Shown: positions 15,001 through 29,729 of the stretch, in pieces
Layout of the letters: every line of letters begins with the position of its first letter
Position numbering within the stretch: position 1 is the first letter of the stretch
Assembly: GCA_003344405.1 (NCBI GenBank)
Contig: NOWV01000013.1
Span: 186,001-250,000 of the forward strand
Direction: 5' to 3'
DNA length: 64,000 nt
Origin: Trichoplax sp. H2
Lineage: Eukaryota
Translations under genes and position numbers: made by a program
The notes under the pieces: generated by a model
Database searches by the model: none
The model's input: only the letters and a program-made list of their open reading frames with translations
What the model was told of the DNA's origin: nothing

Positions 15001-18000
15001 CGTGCAATAATGTCCGTAATTACAAAAATAACCGAATTACTAGAAAAACTTTTGATTTTCAATTTATCTTACCTGTGATTAATCTAGTATGATTACGTAA
15101 AATAAAAAGAATAAAATATGTTAATCAAAGATTACAATAAAAGTACTATAATATTGACGAAACTTCTATAAATATAGATTAATAATAAACCAATAGAGAT
15201 AATAATGGAATCATGAAATCAATTTCCTACATAATCCTCAATGGATGCGCTGATATAGTAAGTATTCAGATTATTTAGGATTTACTTTTATCAAATACAA
15301 TCGAATATTCCTCCCTAACATTTAATATCAGAAATAAATTTCAATGGTACGATACTTATGGACTATAAAATTGTACAGTAGGATTGAATAGGTAACATGT
15401 ATTTGAAAATTAATCTATAAAAAGTCTTTGTTCATCATTCTGACATTGTTATTATTTATTTACCAAATGAATATCAAAATTTGAGCATAAAATTATTGCA
15501 ATCAATCATTTACATTTCTTATAAATTAATCTTGGTACGGAAACTATTTTAAAACTATATTTAGTTAAATAAATATAACGACGCTATTAATAGTTTTGAT
15601 GATACAGTACAAATGAAGTAATTCTTGAGAATCTAATTGTTGATGCTAACTGTGGTAATAAAAAAAGTATTTGGTGATTTTATCTTTGACCAAATCTTTG
15701 AAATAAAGACTGTTTGCTTTATATAAAGAGTCTTATTGCACAAGTTTTTATTTATAGCATTATACGAGTATTTACTCCAATATCAGAATATTATGAGAGA
15801 ATGAGCGATAGACTAAAATGTAGGACTTATCTACTCTTGATTCTGTATATTTTTATTTCTTGTTGCCGCTATCGTTATTATGACAGTGATTAATTACGAA
15901 ATGTGATCTTTTTGTGCAGCTAAAGAAAGATACTAAACTGCTTGTACCAGGTTATTCAATAATCCCCTGTTTATTCATTTACAAGAGCTTATTACGTGCG
16001 ATCTTTTCTATATAAGGATGTTAATCTTGTATGTTTACTTTTAATAAATAAATCTGCGTATTAAGTGTTCTTACCAATTAAGTGTTTTTACCAATTAGCT
16101 TATTTATTTTACTGTATCATCAAAGTATTAGATCATTCTATGCTGTTTAAAACTATAAAAGATCATTATGTTATTGTATTGTTAATGTAAACGCGAATAA
16201 TCATTTATTTCATTTTTTGGCGTGTCAATTTGGGTACTTTTTCTTGTTTTTACGCATGTTTCTTTTGGATAAAAGGGTAAGCGTGTTGATTTAATGCAGA
16301 ATTTAAAGCTTGATCTCATAATAACGGTTAAGATCAATCGATTGATTAGTCAATCAATCAATCAAGCTACTTGACATTTGTTTATATTAGAGTACAGTGC
16401 ATCGTTAATTGTAAAGATGCGGTAAGTTTGTGATCTCTGTAACATATTCCTATTTCTCTAGGTTTGTTTAAATTACACATCAATTAATTCAATCAAAATA
16501 CTGTAACAACATTGATCCCCTTCATCATTTCTGCGTTAATTGATGCGGTAATATATTGCGATATATTTATTTTTCATATCGTAATCGTCGAATTTTATAG
16601 AGTATCTTTAATAGTCAGTAGTGCTCTCTTTAATCTTACCTGCATATTGATTGAATAAGATAAACTGCACGATTAGTCATCAAATAAAGCTTGTAAATAA
16701 TTTAAAACCTTCTATTCTCTGTCAGGAAGTGAGACTCATGTTTAAAATAAAAATTGTAGCATGACATTATTAATATTAAGAAATAATCGTGTCAATCCCA
16801 AACTTTTTAAAGTCTTTTGCTTACCAGAAGAGCTATCAAAGAATATAAACAGTAAATAAAGCGTTGACTATAATATTCCAAAAGAGCAGAGGTGATCAGT
16901 GGTTTAGGCATTCGACTTGTTAGTGCAATAATGACATATAAATATTATTTATAAGACTGTGAGTCTTTCTAGTAAGAGTTACAACATCCTATGACCAGCG
17001 ATTTAATGATAAAGGGAAATTCTAACCTTCTCCAATATCAAGATATTAATAAGATATATTAATACCATATCTTGGTGAGTGATTCTTGACGTTAGCCAGT
17101 TGTTCCTACACGCGATATAGTGAAATGAATTTCACATGCTGCATGCAGCATGAATACATCAAAGTATTCAGCAATAGTGTGTTTCAAATATTTCCAAAGA
17201 AAGTTGGAATTGTAGGATACGTTAAGAACATTGGATTAATCATGATGATGAGATTTGATTTGTACTATAAATATGTAGGCAAATACACGTAACCCTGCTG
17301 GAAATTATATTGACTTCGAGTGTCAAGATAAATAGTAAAGTTAAAGTCGGGAAAAAGCTTCTATAATTATAGGAAAATGTTGATTTCTATCCACTACATG
17401 ATATGATATTTAACCGTAGCTGACGCTACGGCTTCGTATAATATACATTTGATAGCAATAAAAAATATAAGAATTGCTAAGCGATGGCTATGAGCCAAAA
17501 TAATCAATCTAATCGCTAATTAGTTGCAGCAATAAATAAGAATATACATGTAAATAAGCACTAGAAATAAACTCTATGTACTAGTAAATCTGATTACAAA
17601 ATATCAACTTAACATCAAAGGCTTTACAACTCGAGGATTCCTTTATTCCAACTCGATATATTCACTTTAACTTTATTATTGGATAGAAAAGTATTCTAGT
17701 AAAGTAGCAGCTAACATGATTATATTATTTATTTAGAGCTGTTATTACTTACCGCATTGCAGCACTTATTTATGTTAATATGATGCACTTATGATAGCAC
17801 TTATGATAGCATTATCCTTCTTTCGAGTGCGTAATCAATGCCATAATGAATAGGAAAAATAAAAGTTGCTCTGTGTTGGTCAAAATATATCAGCAATTAT
17901 ACAGCCTACGGAGTACTTCGAGAAAATAAGCTGCTCATCAGCTATCTTGGCTAGAATAGTGTCGAATAACTGTCCATTTTCGTCCACCATATCGATAAAT

Positions 18001-19147
18001 TGTACGCTACATTTATAGTGAATGCTAGCTCATTTTACTAGACTAAGAATGTAGATCTTTCAAGAATACTTATAGCATATTCTTCATAACTGTATCGCCA
18101 TTTATGTCAGAATTTAGAATGGATAGCGATGAGCAATAATGCAAGAGAAAGGAAATATTCAAGGCAAAACATGGCGCATCTACTTTGATATCGCTACCGT
18201 AGACAGGGTAGTATCTAATTTTGAGGAAGAAAGATAGTATTCTGTATCAAAATAATAGCTTCTACGGTTAGCAGTCCGAGTCATATCACCAAACTAGCTG
18301 AATGGACCATCGTATAGTGTAAAGTATCAATTGAAGCAGAAAATGGCGATCTTATTCCTTTCTACTTTACATTATACATTAAAAATGGCTTTAACTTGTA
18401 CTCTTCAAATCATTATCCTCTGTTGCATCGACTGATAGAAGAAATAAATGTCTGCATTAGGATATTACTGGTCATTGAAGTAAAATTGAGCGTTCTAAAC
18501 TGTCCAAACCTTAAAATAGTCTTCCGAGCGCATACTGTAACCAGTACTGGACACCATTACCTACCTAGTACACCATACGTAACCATATATTGTAATCCAT
18601 ACGATATATTTGCGGTCTAACCTATATAATAGCCCTTGTAGCCTAGTTTTCCCTAGAAGAAGAAATGGAGTTGGCAGCTGCCGAGGCCTACCACTTGCTG
18701 TACTTTGCTTTCTGAGCTGTAAACCCATATGGAAGAACAGGTATGACTGCGTAGTAGTATAAATCTGTTATCTATAATTTTGCTAGCTCGCAATATTGTA
18801 GTACTGTGCTTAGCTACTTGCTTTATTCATTTGTTGATGATCGATGGCAGAAATACTCGTATACTCGATTGCTCATTCTTCAATATTAGCTCATAGTCAT
18901 TTCTCTTTTATATGCTGCAGTATACATAAAAATAATGTTCATCAACTGTAGCTAGAGTCCTCTTTCTTGCTGTTTAAGTAAACGTTATATTCCTGGCATG
19001 TTACAAGTAAAAAATAGCAGCAAACTGAGTTAACTTGCTGATATTATGGTGCTATCGGTTAACTTCCAAATTACTCGTATTACAGCTAGTCCAAATTCTG
19101 CATTACATTATTTCCATAAACTTTTTACCAATCTACTTTTATTGCTG

Positions 19148-19502
19148 CAGGCAAATGTGCCCATCACTGTCAATATCCTAACATGAAATTACTGTACAAG
19201 TGTTCGGCTAATAAGTAATAGAGAATGATAAATGAACAAATAGTGCTCGAGTAAGCCTATTACTGTATTTTATGACATGAATTCAATCGTTGCTACTGGA
19301 CTTATTCAGCTCTTAATGTTCATCCAACAGGCTAATGTACCCATCGTTATCAATATCCTAACACCAAATTACTGTACAAGTCTTCGGCTAATAAGTCATA
19401 GAGAATAATAAATGGACAAATGATACTCGAGTAAGCCTATTACTGTATTTTATGGCATGGATTCAATCGCTACTACTGGACGTATTCAGCTCATAATGTT
19501 CA
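19148..19502. repeat. Direct tandem duplication, 180-bp unit x2
   Basis: Lines 19141-19320 and 19321-19500 align column for column (caatatcctaaca...actgtacaag...ctcgagtaagcctattactgtatttt). Confidence 0.9.
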
Positions 19503-20263
19503 CCGGGGTTGCACATCTAGATTTTGAACGATAGTTGACAATCCGTTACTGGTATACGCGTAGAGGATGATGTAGATCAGTTTCTTATGCAGGTATCGAT
19601 ATCATACCAATGTAGTATAATTGAGACTGTATTTGTTGAGAATTATTTGCTGTTAGTGATGTTAGTAGAAGATCTAGTATTATTTTATTACACTGGCTTA
19701 ATCCACAGCTTGTAGTTGTATTTTTATTCATCTGGGATAGTTCGCGCGTTTGAGTTTGATTGAAAATCGATTGCTGGCACTAGCATTGCGATAATTGCTA
19801 CATTCCTTAACATAGTGTATTAATATTTACTAGAACATTATTCTAATACTATTGGATGTCATCACCATAGTCAGTTGCATGAAGACCCCCTTACCATGAC
19901 AAAGTCACTAATTACAGTAGTAGTGCATTTGGTATGCGATTTTGCAAGCAATGTTACTTTCCATTACAGAAATACAACGGTACTTAATAAACAATGATCT
20001 CGATATCTTATGTTAGAAAGTAGCGATAATAATTACCATAACTTAAAGGGCTGTATTAATACAAAACAAATTATAGATAAAGCTAATGTACGAACATATA
20101 GCTTATCGTTTAGTCCTAGACTACAGTAATGCATGATCTTACTGTCATAAACTGGATTATGTATGATGATGTTCGTCAGGTTAGCATATCGTCCTAATTA
20201 GAATGTCTCATAAACTTTCAATTATACAATTATCTAGATACTGTGAAAAGGAAGAGAAAAATA

Positions 20264-23200
20264 ATGTCTAGCACTGTCAAGAAAAGAAAAATAGCTCCCA
20301 TATCGTTTAGCGAAAAGGTGGCAAAGAAAGCCTCACTTGACAATGATGGCTGGAATAGAATTTTCCATAATCCAAAGCTACTACTAATTGCTTTGATTGC
20401 TTTCCGAGCAGTCAATGCATGCTGTATACAAACTTCTTATGTTCCTGATGAATACTGGCAGAGTTTAGAAGTTGCACACTATCATACGTTTGGATATCCA
20501 AGAAGTATTCCATCGTTGAATTAGAGCTTTTAATGCTTATGTCTTCGCAGTAATATACATTTTTGCTAGAGACACAGTTACTCTCGAAAAAGTTATCCAT
20601 TCAAGTAATAAGTACATTACTGGATAGGGTGCTTGGGTCCGGTGCCATAATTTAGTGAATAAATTTAAAATTGCACCATCCTTTGTAAGGGTTATAGTAA
20701 AGATAACGTAGTACTTAATGAGTTAAAATTTTTATTCCTTAACTTGTCTTACTTACGGTTATTTATCTTGGGAATGGACGGAGCGTATACGTGGATTTTC
20801 GTATCCGATGCTATTTTCCTTTTTATATGAATTATTAGCCTTTCTTAACATCGACCAAGGGTTCATTATGGTGAGTGTGATGTAGGTTTAGAAAATTTTT
20901 TGTGTATATTGTGATGTTGCATGTACCAATAACTACAATTTAAATTCGTTGAGACCATGTACTTTAGTTTATCGATTGGTTTTACATGTAATGTGTTATT
21001 TACTGTGAGTGCCATTAATAATATAATTTGACATTGCTTACCAACAGATATATTCACCACGCCTTTTACAATCAATATTCGCCGCTGTGGGTGACTTACA
21101 CATTTACAAACTGGCGGAAATATTTTTTGATAATAGTGCAGCTCGATGGACTGTATCCTATAGAACTATTTCAAATTTAATATCATTCTAACTACATTAA
21201 ACCAGTCACAACGGTAATTTCTTTTACTCATTTATGAATAGCTATGTTGCTCTTTAATATCCTGGTTTAACTTTTACTGTATCACGCGAACTCTAACCAA
21301 TTCCTTGGAAACTATAATTACCATTATTGGGTTCTGTTATTGGCCATGGCCTTGGAAAAACGATAAAGAGTAATGATGATTTATTGCAGTTTAAAAACCA
21401 ATATATTAATTATCTGTATAATGATTATAGGAGTCCTAGTTGTAAAATAGCTCTATCGTTCGCTGCCATTGCTTTCATCGTTAGGCCAACTTCAGCAATA
21501 ATATGGTTGCCGTTGTGTATATGGCATATGATATGGCATGCTAAAAACATAAGTAAATTTTTAATTGTGGACGTTATACCCATTGCGTAAGTTTATCTAT
21601 ATTCTTTTATCCTACTTAATAATATTAGTTTCCTAAATTTTAACCACATGAAATGCATATACTCAAAATTATATTTGGAAAACGATTCTAGCTCGATCTT
21701 TCTCTGCTTGTCATTAATTATTGATTACATATTCTACAAGCAGGTTCGTGACATCATATGGTTAATTTTTGGAGATAACTAATCGTATTTTGTTTCCTCT
21801 AATAGCTGCTAATTGGCAGCATTGTGAATACCTCCAATAAATTTATCATTTGTTTTTTGGCAGCTTGTGTTTGTTCAATACAACTTCTTGTATTACAACG
21901 TCTTTCAAAATATTGGGAAATTCTATGGCAGCAACCCCTGGCACTGGTAACAGTCATATTTCGCAGTGATTGTTAACATTGCTTTCTTATTGCATGTACT
22001 CTATGGTTCAAAGCATGTTGGCAAAACAAAATTACTTTATTCTTACATTTTAGGTATTTCAGCCAAGGCTTTTTTGTGGTTGTCGGAACGTTAACAATCC
22101 CTTTCATTGGCGGAGTTTTAAAATCTGGCGTTCGTCAACGTTTTCTAATTTGGATTATATTGTGGGATATCCTCATACATAGGTATTCAAACTCATAACA
22201 ACTTTAGGATTTCGAAAATCTTTAATTTATAATCTGTTCATCGTTGCTGTTTCTACTTAATTTCAAAAAATGTTCCGTTAATAGCTTGCGTTGAAAATAA
22301 ACTCTTGTTTTGCAGTTGTCTCAGCCACAAAGAATTTCGATTTATTCTTTCAATTCTACCGTTTGTACTTTGTTTTTGTGGTAAGTTCCGAATCAATATA
22401 GTACTTACTGTGCATCAATTGCTTGATACCTCAATGAAAATCTGCATGCAAAGTAAAAAATTAAGCTATGCTTGATACAGTAGATTTACCACGGTACTGT
22501 ACACTGATCTATTATATAATAATTATCATCTATAGGATCATATTTGAGCATTATGTGGAAAGTTAAAGACGCGACTGTAACACGCAATCGGCATTCATTT
22601 TGGTGGTTTTTTACATTCTTGTTAACAACAAACATCGCTGCAGCGGCATATACAAGTCGTATTCATCAAAAAGGCACAATAGATGCTATTCATCACATTC
22701 GAAGCATAGGCGAGGTATTCCATGTACTTAGACTAAGCAAATAAATTGTATAATCTATATACTCTATAACTATATGTATTCATATTGAGGCTTACTATTT
22801 TAATATTTTGTAAATATGCAACAGAGACATAACACTGATAGATTTTCCGTAATGTTTTTAATGCCTTGCCACTCTACACCGTTCTATTGGTAAGTAAATG
22901 GCATGTCAATTATCAGGGACTAATTTAAAGACTGCGCAAAAATTAATTTTTAGCGAGTTGGATGTATACGTCAGATTTTTAGTTATTAATAAGATGTTAA
23001 CTGTTCTTAATAAAATAATCACTTTCTTTCAGCTATATTCATAAAAAGATCGAGCTATCGTTCTTAACTTGTCTTCCAAGGTATAATTACAATTGTATTC
23101 TGGTTCTCGTCTTTTTTAATTTATAGTATTCTAGAGAAATCTGATTTAAATGTGCTATATTTAATATTAGTAATAGACCTGGATATATTGATGAGGCTGA

Positions 23201-23638
23201 TCGCTTCTTTTTGGAACCTACATCTTGGCTTAATCGAAAGTTTAATAGCCCTGACACGAACAATGTAGTTCCTCCGAATTGCCTTGTATTTTTTGATAAC
23301 TTAGTTACTGTAAGCTTGAAGATGTGTTATTTGAATTGTTATATAGCAATATGTACTTCAAACCTTGACATCCAATAAGCTAGTCGATTGAGAAATAACG
23401 AACAGTGACAGAAAATTCGAATTACTGATTTATTGCTATCTCTAATTCCAGGTCATACAAACATTTTTAGACAAATATCATTATAAAAAGGTCTGTATTT
23501 TTGTTATGCTTCAATGAAGTATGATGTTACTATCAATCTCTGATTTTCAAACTTCTTATACAGAACAAAAGTTTTTTCCACACCCATTTTCCTGAAGGAA
23601 GGGTAGGCTCAAACGTCATCATACATTGTTTAGAATGA
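20264..23638 (+). CDS. PIGB: GPI mannosyltransferase 3 (PIG-B/GPI10), multi-exon
   Basis: Motifs [105 protein letters not shown]. First exons 20264-20493, 20753-20870, 21048-21152, 21242-21368; stop TGA 23636-23638. Confidence 0.95.
20494..20752 (+). other. U12-type AT-AC intron in PIGB
   Basis: Donor ATATCCAAG, branch site TTCCTTAAC at 20735-20743, ends ...TCTTAC. Splicing restores [10 protein letters not shown]. Confidence 0.88.
21153..21241 (+). other. Probable U12-type GT-AG intron in PIGB
   Basis: Donor GTATCCTAT, branch-like TTTCTTTTAC about 14 nt before the AG, no polypyrimidine tract. Joins [13 protein letters not shown] in frame. Confidence 0.7.
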
Positions 23639-26600
23639 AATTAAATATTTTCAGGCAGTTAGATTTATTTGTGCTTGTAAGGATCATCCCCTTGAACACC
23701 TTTAATTGTAGTTTCCTGATAATATGATATTTTTGAGTAATACAGCAGATACAGAGGCTGTAGATAGTTTTTAGGCTCTGCTAGACCTTTTCTTATCATA
23801 AATCTCCTATACTGTTATATACGAATGATGACATTAATTTCGTACTACATCGACTGATTTGTGTGAAATTTACGCATTCACAACGCAAATCAATCTAAGA
23901 TTAATAATATTATATTATAACTATTGTATCGTTTAATAATCTATAATCATTTGAAACAGTTGTTTCAAAAAAATCTCTCAGCATTCTAACAATACAATGA
24001 TTCTGTGAATAACTTCGCAAGCTTAGGTACAACGTTGGATGTCATGTTTGTCTTTTTTATGATTGCAAATATCATAATATTTAAACAAATCAATTGAGAT
24101 TACAATCGCATTTTAATGATCATTGGATCTGAATAATGTATATATAATTTGTTCTTCAGATTCGGTACTGAAACATTAAATTTCTTTATCCGTTTCTAAA
24201 ATTGCTACTATAACCTGTGATAACATATACTGATGTATTATTGACAAAGATGAGATAATAAAACAAAAATGGATATTTTTCTAGAACAAAATTGGCTCCT
24301 GGCGAGCGATAGTTACATAGCTACATTGGCAATGCTACTGAATAGGAAGATTAGCTAGCGAATGCAGTATTGTTAAGAAGTAAATCGTTAAAAAATATTA
24401 ATCGGTTTACCGCTACAGTTGATTTGATTAATATTAACTCAAAGAAATCATCAGGGTTACGCATATAAATTAGCTATCCTTGCATCAATTTTAGAAAATT
24501 TACGGATGAAATTTAAATTTCAGGATTGATTCATATCCATAAGATTTATGTACTGTATACGTCAATAAGGTTTGTTCAGCAAATCGATTCCATTCAAATC
24601 TCAAATTGGAGCTCATAAATTATCGCAGTATAACCGATCTTTTCTGCAATAGGAAACCTAACGGTGCAGATACGATTCTTCAGCGAATTGTTAAATTTTA
24701 TACATTCTTCATGCAATCGGTAGATATACACGTAGAAGCATTTATCAGATACGATTGAAGTTGTTAGTAGACGTATCAGCACAATTGTCAAAGTTATTAT
24801 GTCAGTTGATCAACTTTTACTCGCTTGTCTATCCTATTTCAATTCTTTACTTTACAGAAATACTAAAATTGATCTATTAACCCTTTTAATGTCATAAATT
24901 TTATAAATTAGTATGATTATGCCTTACTTTATTTTCACACTATCATCTGTTATAGCAGAAAGTGCAGTGCTACGATCATTTATCTTATCTTTCTACCTCT
25001 CTTAACGCAACATCTAGCTATTTCTTGTGATATTTCTACTAAGCAATCAGATTGTCGAAAAGATATAAAAATAAATTCGATATTAAAAGTAATCGTTATT
25101 TTAAGATATACGAAATCAACGATTTTTATTACTTAACTAGGTAGAATGATAGGAATTGTATATATTGTAGATGAGAAGACTATATTTACTATAAAGGTTA
25201 AGAAGTATGAGTATGATTACTTTAAAGGACATGACTATTGTCAAATTTACCTTAATACGGTACTGGCTGCCTACCGTACAGCTAGATTGCAAAAGTCAGT
25301 TTTAAAAAAATTTATCAGTGCAGTATACGGGATTATTTGCTCGTAAGGCCTCTGTCTAAGGCAATTAAGAAGCTTAACGAGAAAGAACTTTATTATGAGA
25401 TGCCTGAGATAAAGTCTTAGTACAACAGGGGCACTTGGTAGAAGGATCGCTCCCTAGAAATTTGTTCTTTATGAAATATTATGTTAAATTCGATATATAA
25501 AGTACTCGACTGGTGCAATCGTTGATAATTAGTGTACGTGTGTGGCTTAAAATTGTTGATCAAATTATCTTTTTGCTAGAGATTTTTGACGCTCCTACCC
25601 TTGAGAGCAGAAAGAGACCAACCGAGGTATTATGATTTGTTTAAAGGTAAGATGAAATGAAATTAACCGCCTGCTTAACAATTAAATCTATTAGTGTATT
25701 AGTAGTCATGCAATGCTTTGATATTGCCGATATAATGATATCGAACAATCATTTTATTGCCGCCATGTATGCAATTTTGTTAAGCCAAACTTCAAAAATA
25801 AGCTACTACTGCCTTATCGATGACCATGATTATTCAATGTTTACTTTCCATGTTTTATCCGATAGTACTATCGCAGGAGGGCACATTTAGCGGTGCAAAC
25901 TACTTACTACCAGCATATGGTACCTATAGTCTATCTTCGGAAGTCAGAAAATAGTTTTAGTCCTAAGGAATAGCCTAGCATAAGATCAAGTTGCACACTT
26001 GACTACGCGACCTTCTACTGCCAGATTATCTATAGCCTCTCTTTAGCGAGAAAAAAATAATGACTTACACTTAAGCTACAGTGTAGCATAGCATTCAATC
26101 AATAACCTGAATTTGCATAATCAAGTAGGGCATTTTTTGTGATCAACAAAATCTCCTTTTGCAGCTTCATAACATACGTACAATACTTGAACTTTTTAAG
26201 AATGAAATATTTCTCTATCCAGCTGATTGAAATGAGCAATTTTATAGCGATGCACAATATATAAAGTACTCGTATAAGACCAAGAAATTAATGCTTATAG
26301 TAAAGTATTTGGATTTGAGAAAGTAAAATTACTAAACTTTATACGTACTGTATAAAGGTTGGAAATTTATAGGAAATTATCGAACAATATATCTGGCAAT
26401 GAATCAAAAGATAAATAGCTTAAAGAGTATTTATTCACGAATTAATATAGTATTACCATGTAAATGTGATTATGAATTGTAGTCGAATAATTGCGTTCTT
26501 TCCACCATATAAAGTTAGGATCATGCGAGTATGGAAAGGTGCGGCGCAATCGACTGTTAATTGCTATATGATTATTTCTACAGTGAAGTCTCTCCAAGGA

Positions 26601-27326
26601 TAGATACAAGTATCTTCGTATCTGCATATCCTTCCGTACATTATAATCTCGACATTCGTAAATATCGAGTAGCATCTATACTTTCTTCTATAGTCGTAAA
26701 ATAGTATAAGGCAATTCAAGAAGCCCGATCAATAGTGACGGTTATTAACATTAACTTATTTTATTAGCTGCATACCCATACAAGCAGTAATAATCATAAG
26801 GGTCATTCGAAAATAATTAAATCGTTGACAAATCGACAACAATCACATGTTCGAATGAAAAAATATTGCAGACTATATCCAATGTATAGCTAACCAAGCA
26901 CAACACAATTCATGATATTACATGCTACAGGTAACCATAACCTAATTACACAGGTACTAAAATAAGGTTTTATAAATACTTTCAGATTACAGTGCTGTAA
27001 TGCATAATCATGTTAAAAAGCTACAGTGACACAGTATTTATTGTTCACTGTAGAACTTTAACATTATTGTTAGAATTGAAATTAATATCTTAAGTATCAG
27101 ATATTGTATGTTCTTGTCTTGATGCCAAATTCATAAATTCGTGATAAAGTTAGCGTCAAGAATTTACATATCAACTTTTGCTATATATAACACACATAAA
27201 TTTGAAAGATAACCAAATCATCAAGAATGAAGCTGTAGATCTTTCAGTTAAATGTACAGTACATGCTAGTAGTACAGGATTCCAGGTCCTGTAGTGAAAT
27301 TTCGATTAATATCTACGGCTTCTTAT

Positions 27327-29155
27327 TTAATTGTTGGATATTGATAGAGGCCTTCTGAATAGCAAAACGTGTGGTTCTGTAAATGATAAAGTGTTTTTGA
27401 TTAATACAATTTGGTATAACCGAAAGAGTTGGAAATAATAGTAATCAAATATATGCAATACGATTTCCAGTTAATATGGCCATGATATTGCTAATGTACA
27501 GTACACAACTGGACAGTACATACATGTGGGTTAAAGGTTATTTTACCGCAAGGTATGTTCATAGTTAATAGTCATAATAATTTTAATGTATCCAATTTTG
27601 TTATGGGTCACAAAACTTTTCTGGTGATATAATATGTTTTACTTTCATCTGTTCAATTTGATCATGTCTTACCATCGCTGAAATTGTATCTGGTATCGTA
27701 ATCTTTTCTTTCTTTTATTTGTAGTGCACATATACTATAACTATATCGTAGTCCAAATTCTATCTTGCAACCGTATAAATCAATAAAATTCAATTCATGT
27801 AATAAAGCTGCAACTGCACTACTGTGATACCACTTTTGTAATATGCACATACTGCATTGAAGAAAAGCGCTAAACTAAGCAAGGAGATTACTATACACAA
27901 TGTACCTGATATGATACTATCGTTTGTTATTTAGTTCAAGATAAAATGATAAAGATACAATATTAGTCTAGTCCAAATACTTTACCTGGGCCATGTTTCA
28001 TATAATGAATCCAGCCCTTGGATTGCTGAACACCAATACCCCGCCATTCATCTTCAGTCATTAAATGATCCTTGGGTACTTTCTTTGCAATATCCTTTGG
28101 CAGGATAACATGTCTATAAAAGATATACATATCGCTAATTGAGAAAGTAGTCTATTATACTTTACAACAAGTCAAGTACTTAAGACGTTTAGTAAGATAC
28201 GTTCAAGTTATAAGTTGAATTAGTTGATAAGTGAAAGGTGACTATTGGAGTAAGGATGATGAAACTATTGAGTTAGTTCTCTAGGGTAGGTATCGCTTGA
28301 GTCTTTTATAGTTGTGGCAAGTTGAAACGTAATCCGTTGCACAACAAGTAAAAACTCGCGATAAGGATTAGGCGGTCGACTGTGTTTAAAAGTGTTATTT
28401 TAGAATCGGTCGGTAAGTGAACAAGTTAGCATTCAAGTATTGCACACCAAGTCAAAAATTAGTAGCAAAGATCAGTAAATACATTCAAGTTATTGATCCA
28501 TTCGCAAGTGAATAAGTGATGATTGAAGTCTATTTGCACAACAAGTCAAAAGTAGCGAGAAAAGATTAATGGATACGTTGAAGTTAGAATCAGCAGACAA
28601 GCGAAAAAGTGGCTATTCAAGTGCTATATTGCCCAAGCTGCACCACGATCGAGCACGATACGAATTAGAACTAGAATCAGTGAAAAAGTAATTCCTCATT
28701 GCAAATCTCCAACTACTAAGACTATAAGAGTAGCCATCGATTGGAAATCAAAACAAATCTTCCCTATTAGCAAGTATACTACCACTATTAAGGAGATCAA
28801 ATTGACGGTGCAACTTTGTTCAGTTTATTCAAATAAAGTTTGGATCCAAGGGTAGAGAGAGAGAGAGAATTAATTGCTCGCCATCTGCAGGCAATGGCGA
28901 CTCAATCCAAATCTCATCTGCTGAACCGTCATACAGTGAGATTGACTTGCAGAGGGTCAACTATCGCTTGACGCAAGTGAATTTGTTCAACTGCTCTACC
29001 GTCACATGCAATCACGATTGTCATCATTACAAGCGTCATCCTTTCTGGACAGGTGAATTGCAATTTGCAACTGATTGACAACATTTTCCTCACCTGTATT
29101 CGAAATTTTCGTCAAAGTATTTATCCGAGTAGATTACGTTCTTGTAAGAAGTCAT
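27327..29155 (-). CDS. CKS1: Cyclin-dependent kinase regulatory subunit (Cks1/Suc1), 3 exons
   Basis: Exons 29155-29094 ([21 protein letters not shown]), 28113-27986 ([42 protein letters not shown]), 27376-27327 ([16 protein letters not shown]). Absent from the ORF track because the exons are short. Confidence 0.97.
28160..28690. repeat. Degenerate ~95-100 bp repeats in CKS1 intron 1
   Basis: ttgcacaacaagtcaaaa...gatacgttcaagtta...aagtgaa recurs near 28165, 28338, 28440 and 28534. Confidence 0.6.
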
Positions 29156-29677
29156 TTTGATTGCAATTTGAAAATGAATTAGTCTAGGAAATGGATAAGT
29201 CGTCTACCAACCAAGGTTAATAATTCTACAATCTTTTTCTCGCCAATTTGGTCCAAAATAATGTAACACACAGGCGAACTAAACTATTTTCTACTTGCTG
29301 TAAGGTGACCAGGGTAAGAGTGACACTAGGAGTGAGCAGTTAGCCAAGGGAGCAAACAATTTTCAGTTCCAACCGTCGCGATCAGCCACCACCAGTATGG
29401 ATACTAGCCCATACACAGCAGTCAGAAGATTGTGTAGCTAAGGTCTTGTTCAATGGATTGCGTCAGCAAAATGACAGGCACAGCACGACCTGTCTTCGCT
29501 TCAGCTGCCGTCTGTAGTGTGTGTCTAAACGTTGATGTACTTCAGTCTGATCTATACAAAAAGAATACCTGGTCAGGTCATCCTCCATACGGTAGTGTGA
29601 CAGTCCAGCAAGGGGCGTGTGACTCTATTTACGTACGGTACAGTCAACCAACCGCGTGAACTGTGACGAGTGAAATT

Positions 29678-29729
29678 TTCAAATTATGGCGCTATTTTTT
29701 CATTGGCTAAGAGTAATTCATCAACCAAT
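29678..29729 (-). promoter_or_regulatory. CDE/E2F-CHR element with two CCAAT boxes upstream of CKS1
   Basis: Minus strand reads TAGCGCC-ATAA-TTTGAA (29694-29678); CCAAT boxes at 29702-29706 (-) and 29725-29729 (+). Confidence 0.65.

Noticed and set aside
18657-18740. Exon-like segment (ccctag|...acag|gtatga) upstream of PIGB
   Set aside because: The frame that would join the PIGB CDS has a stop; at most a 5' UTR exon, which cannot be verified here.
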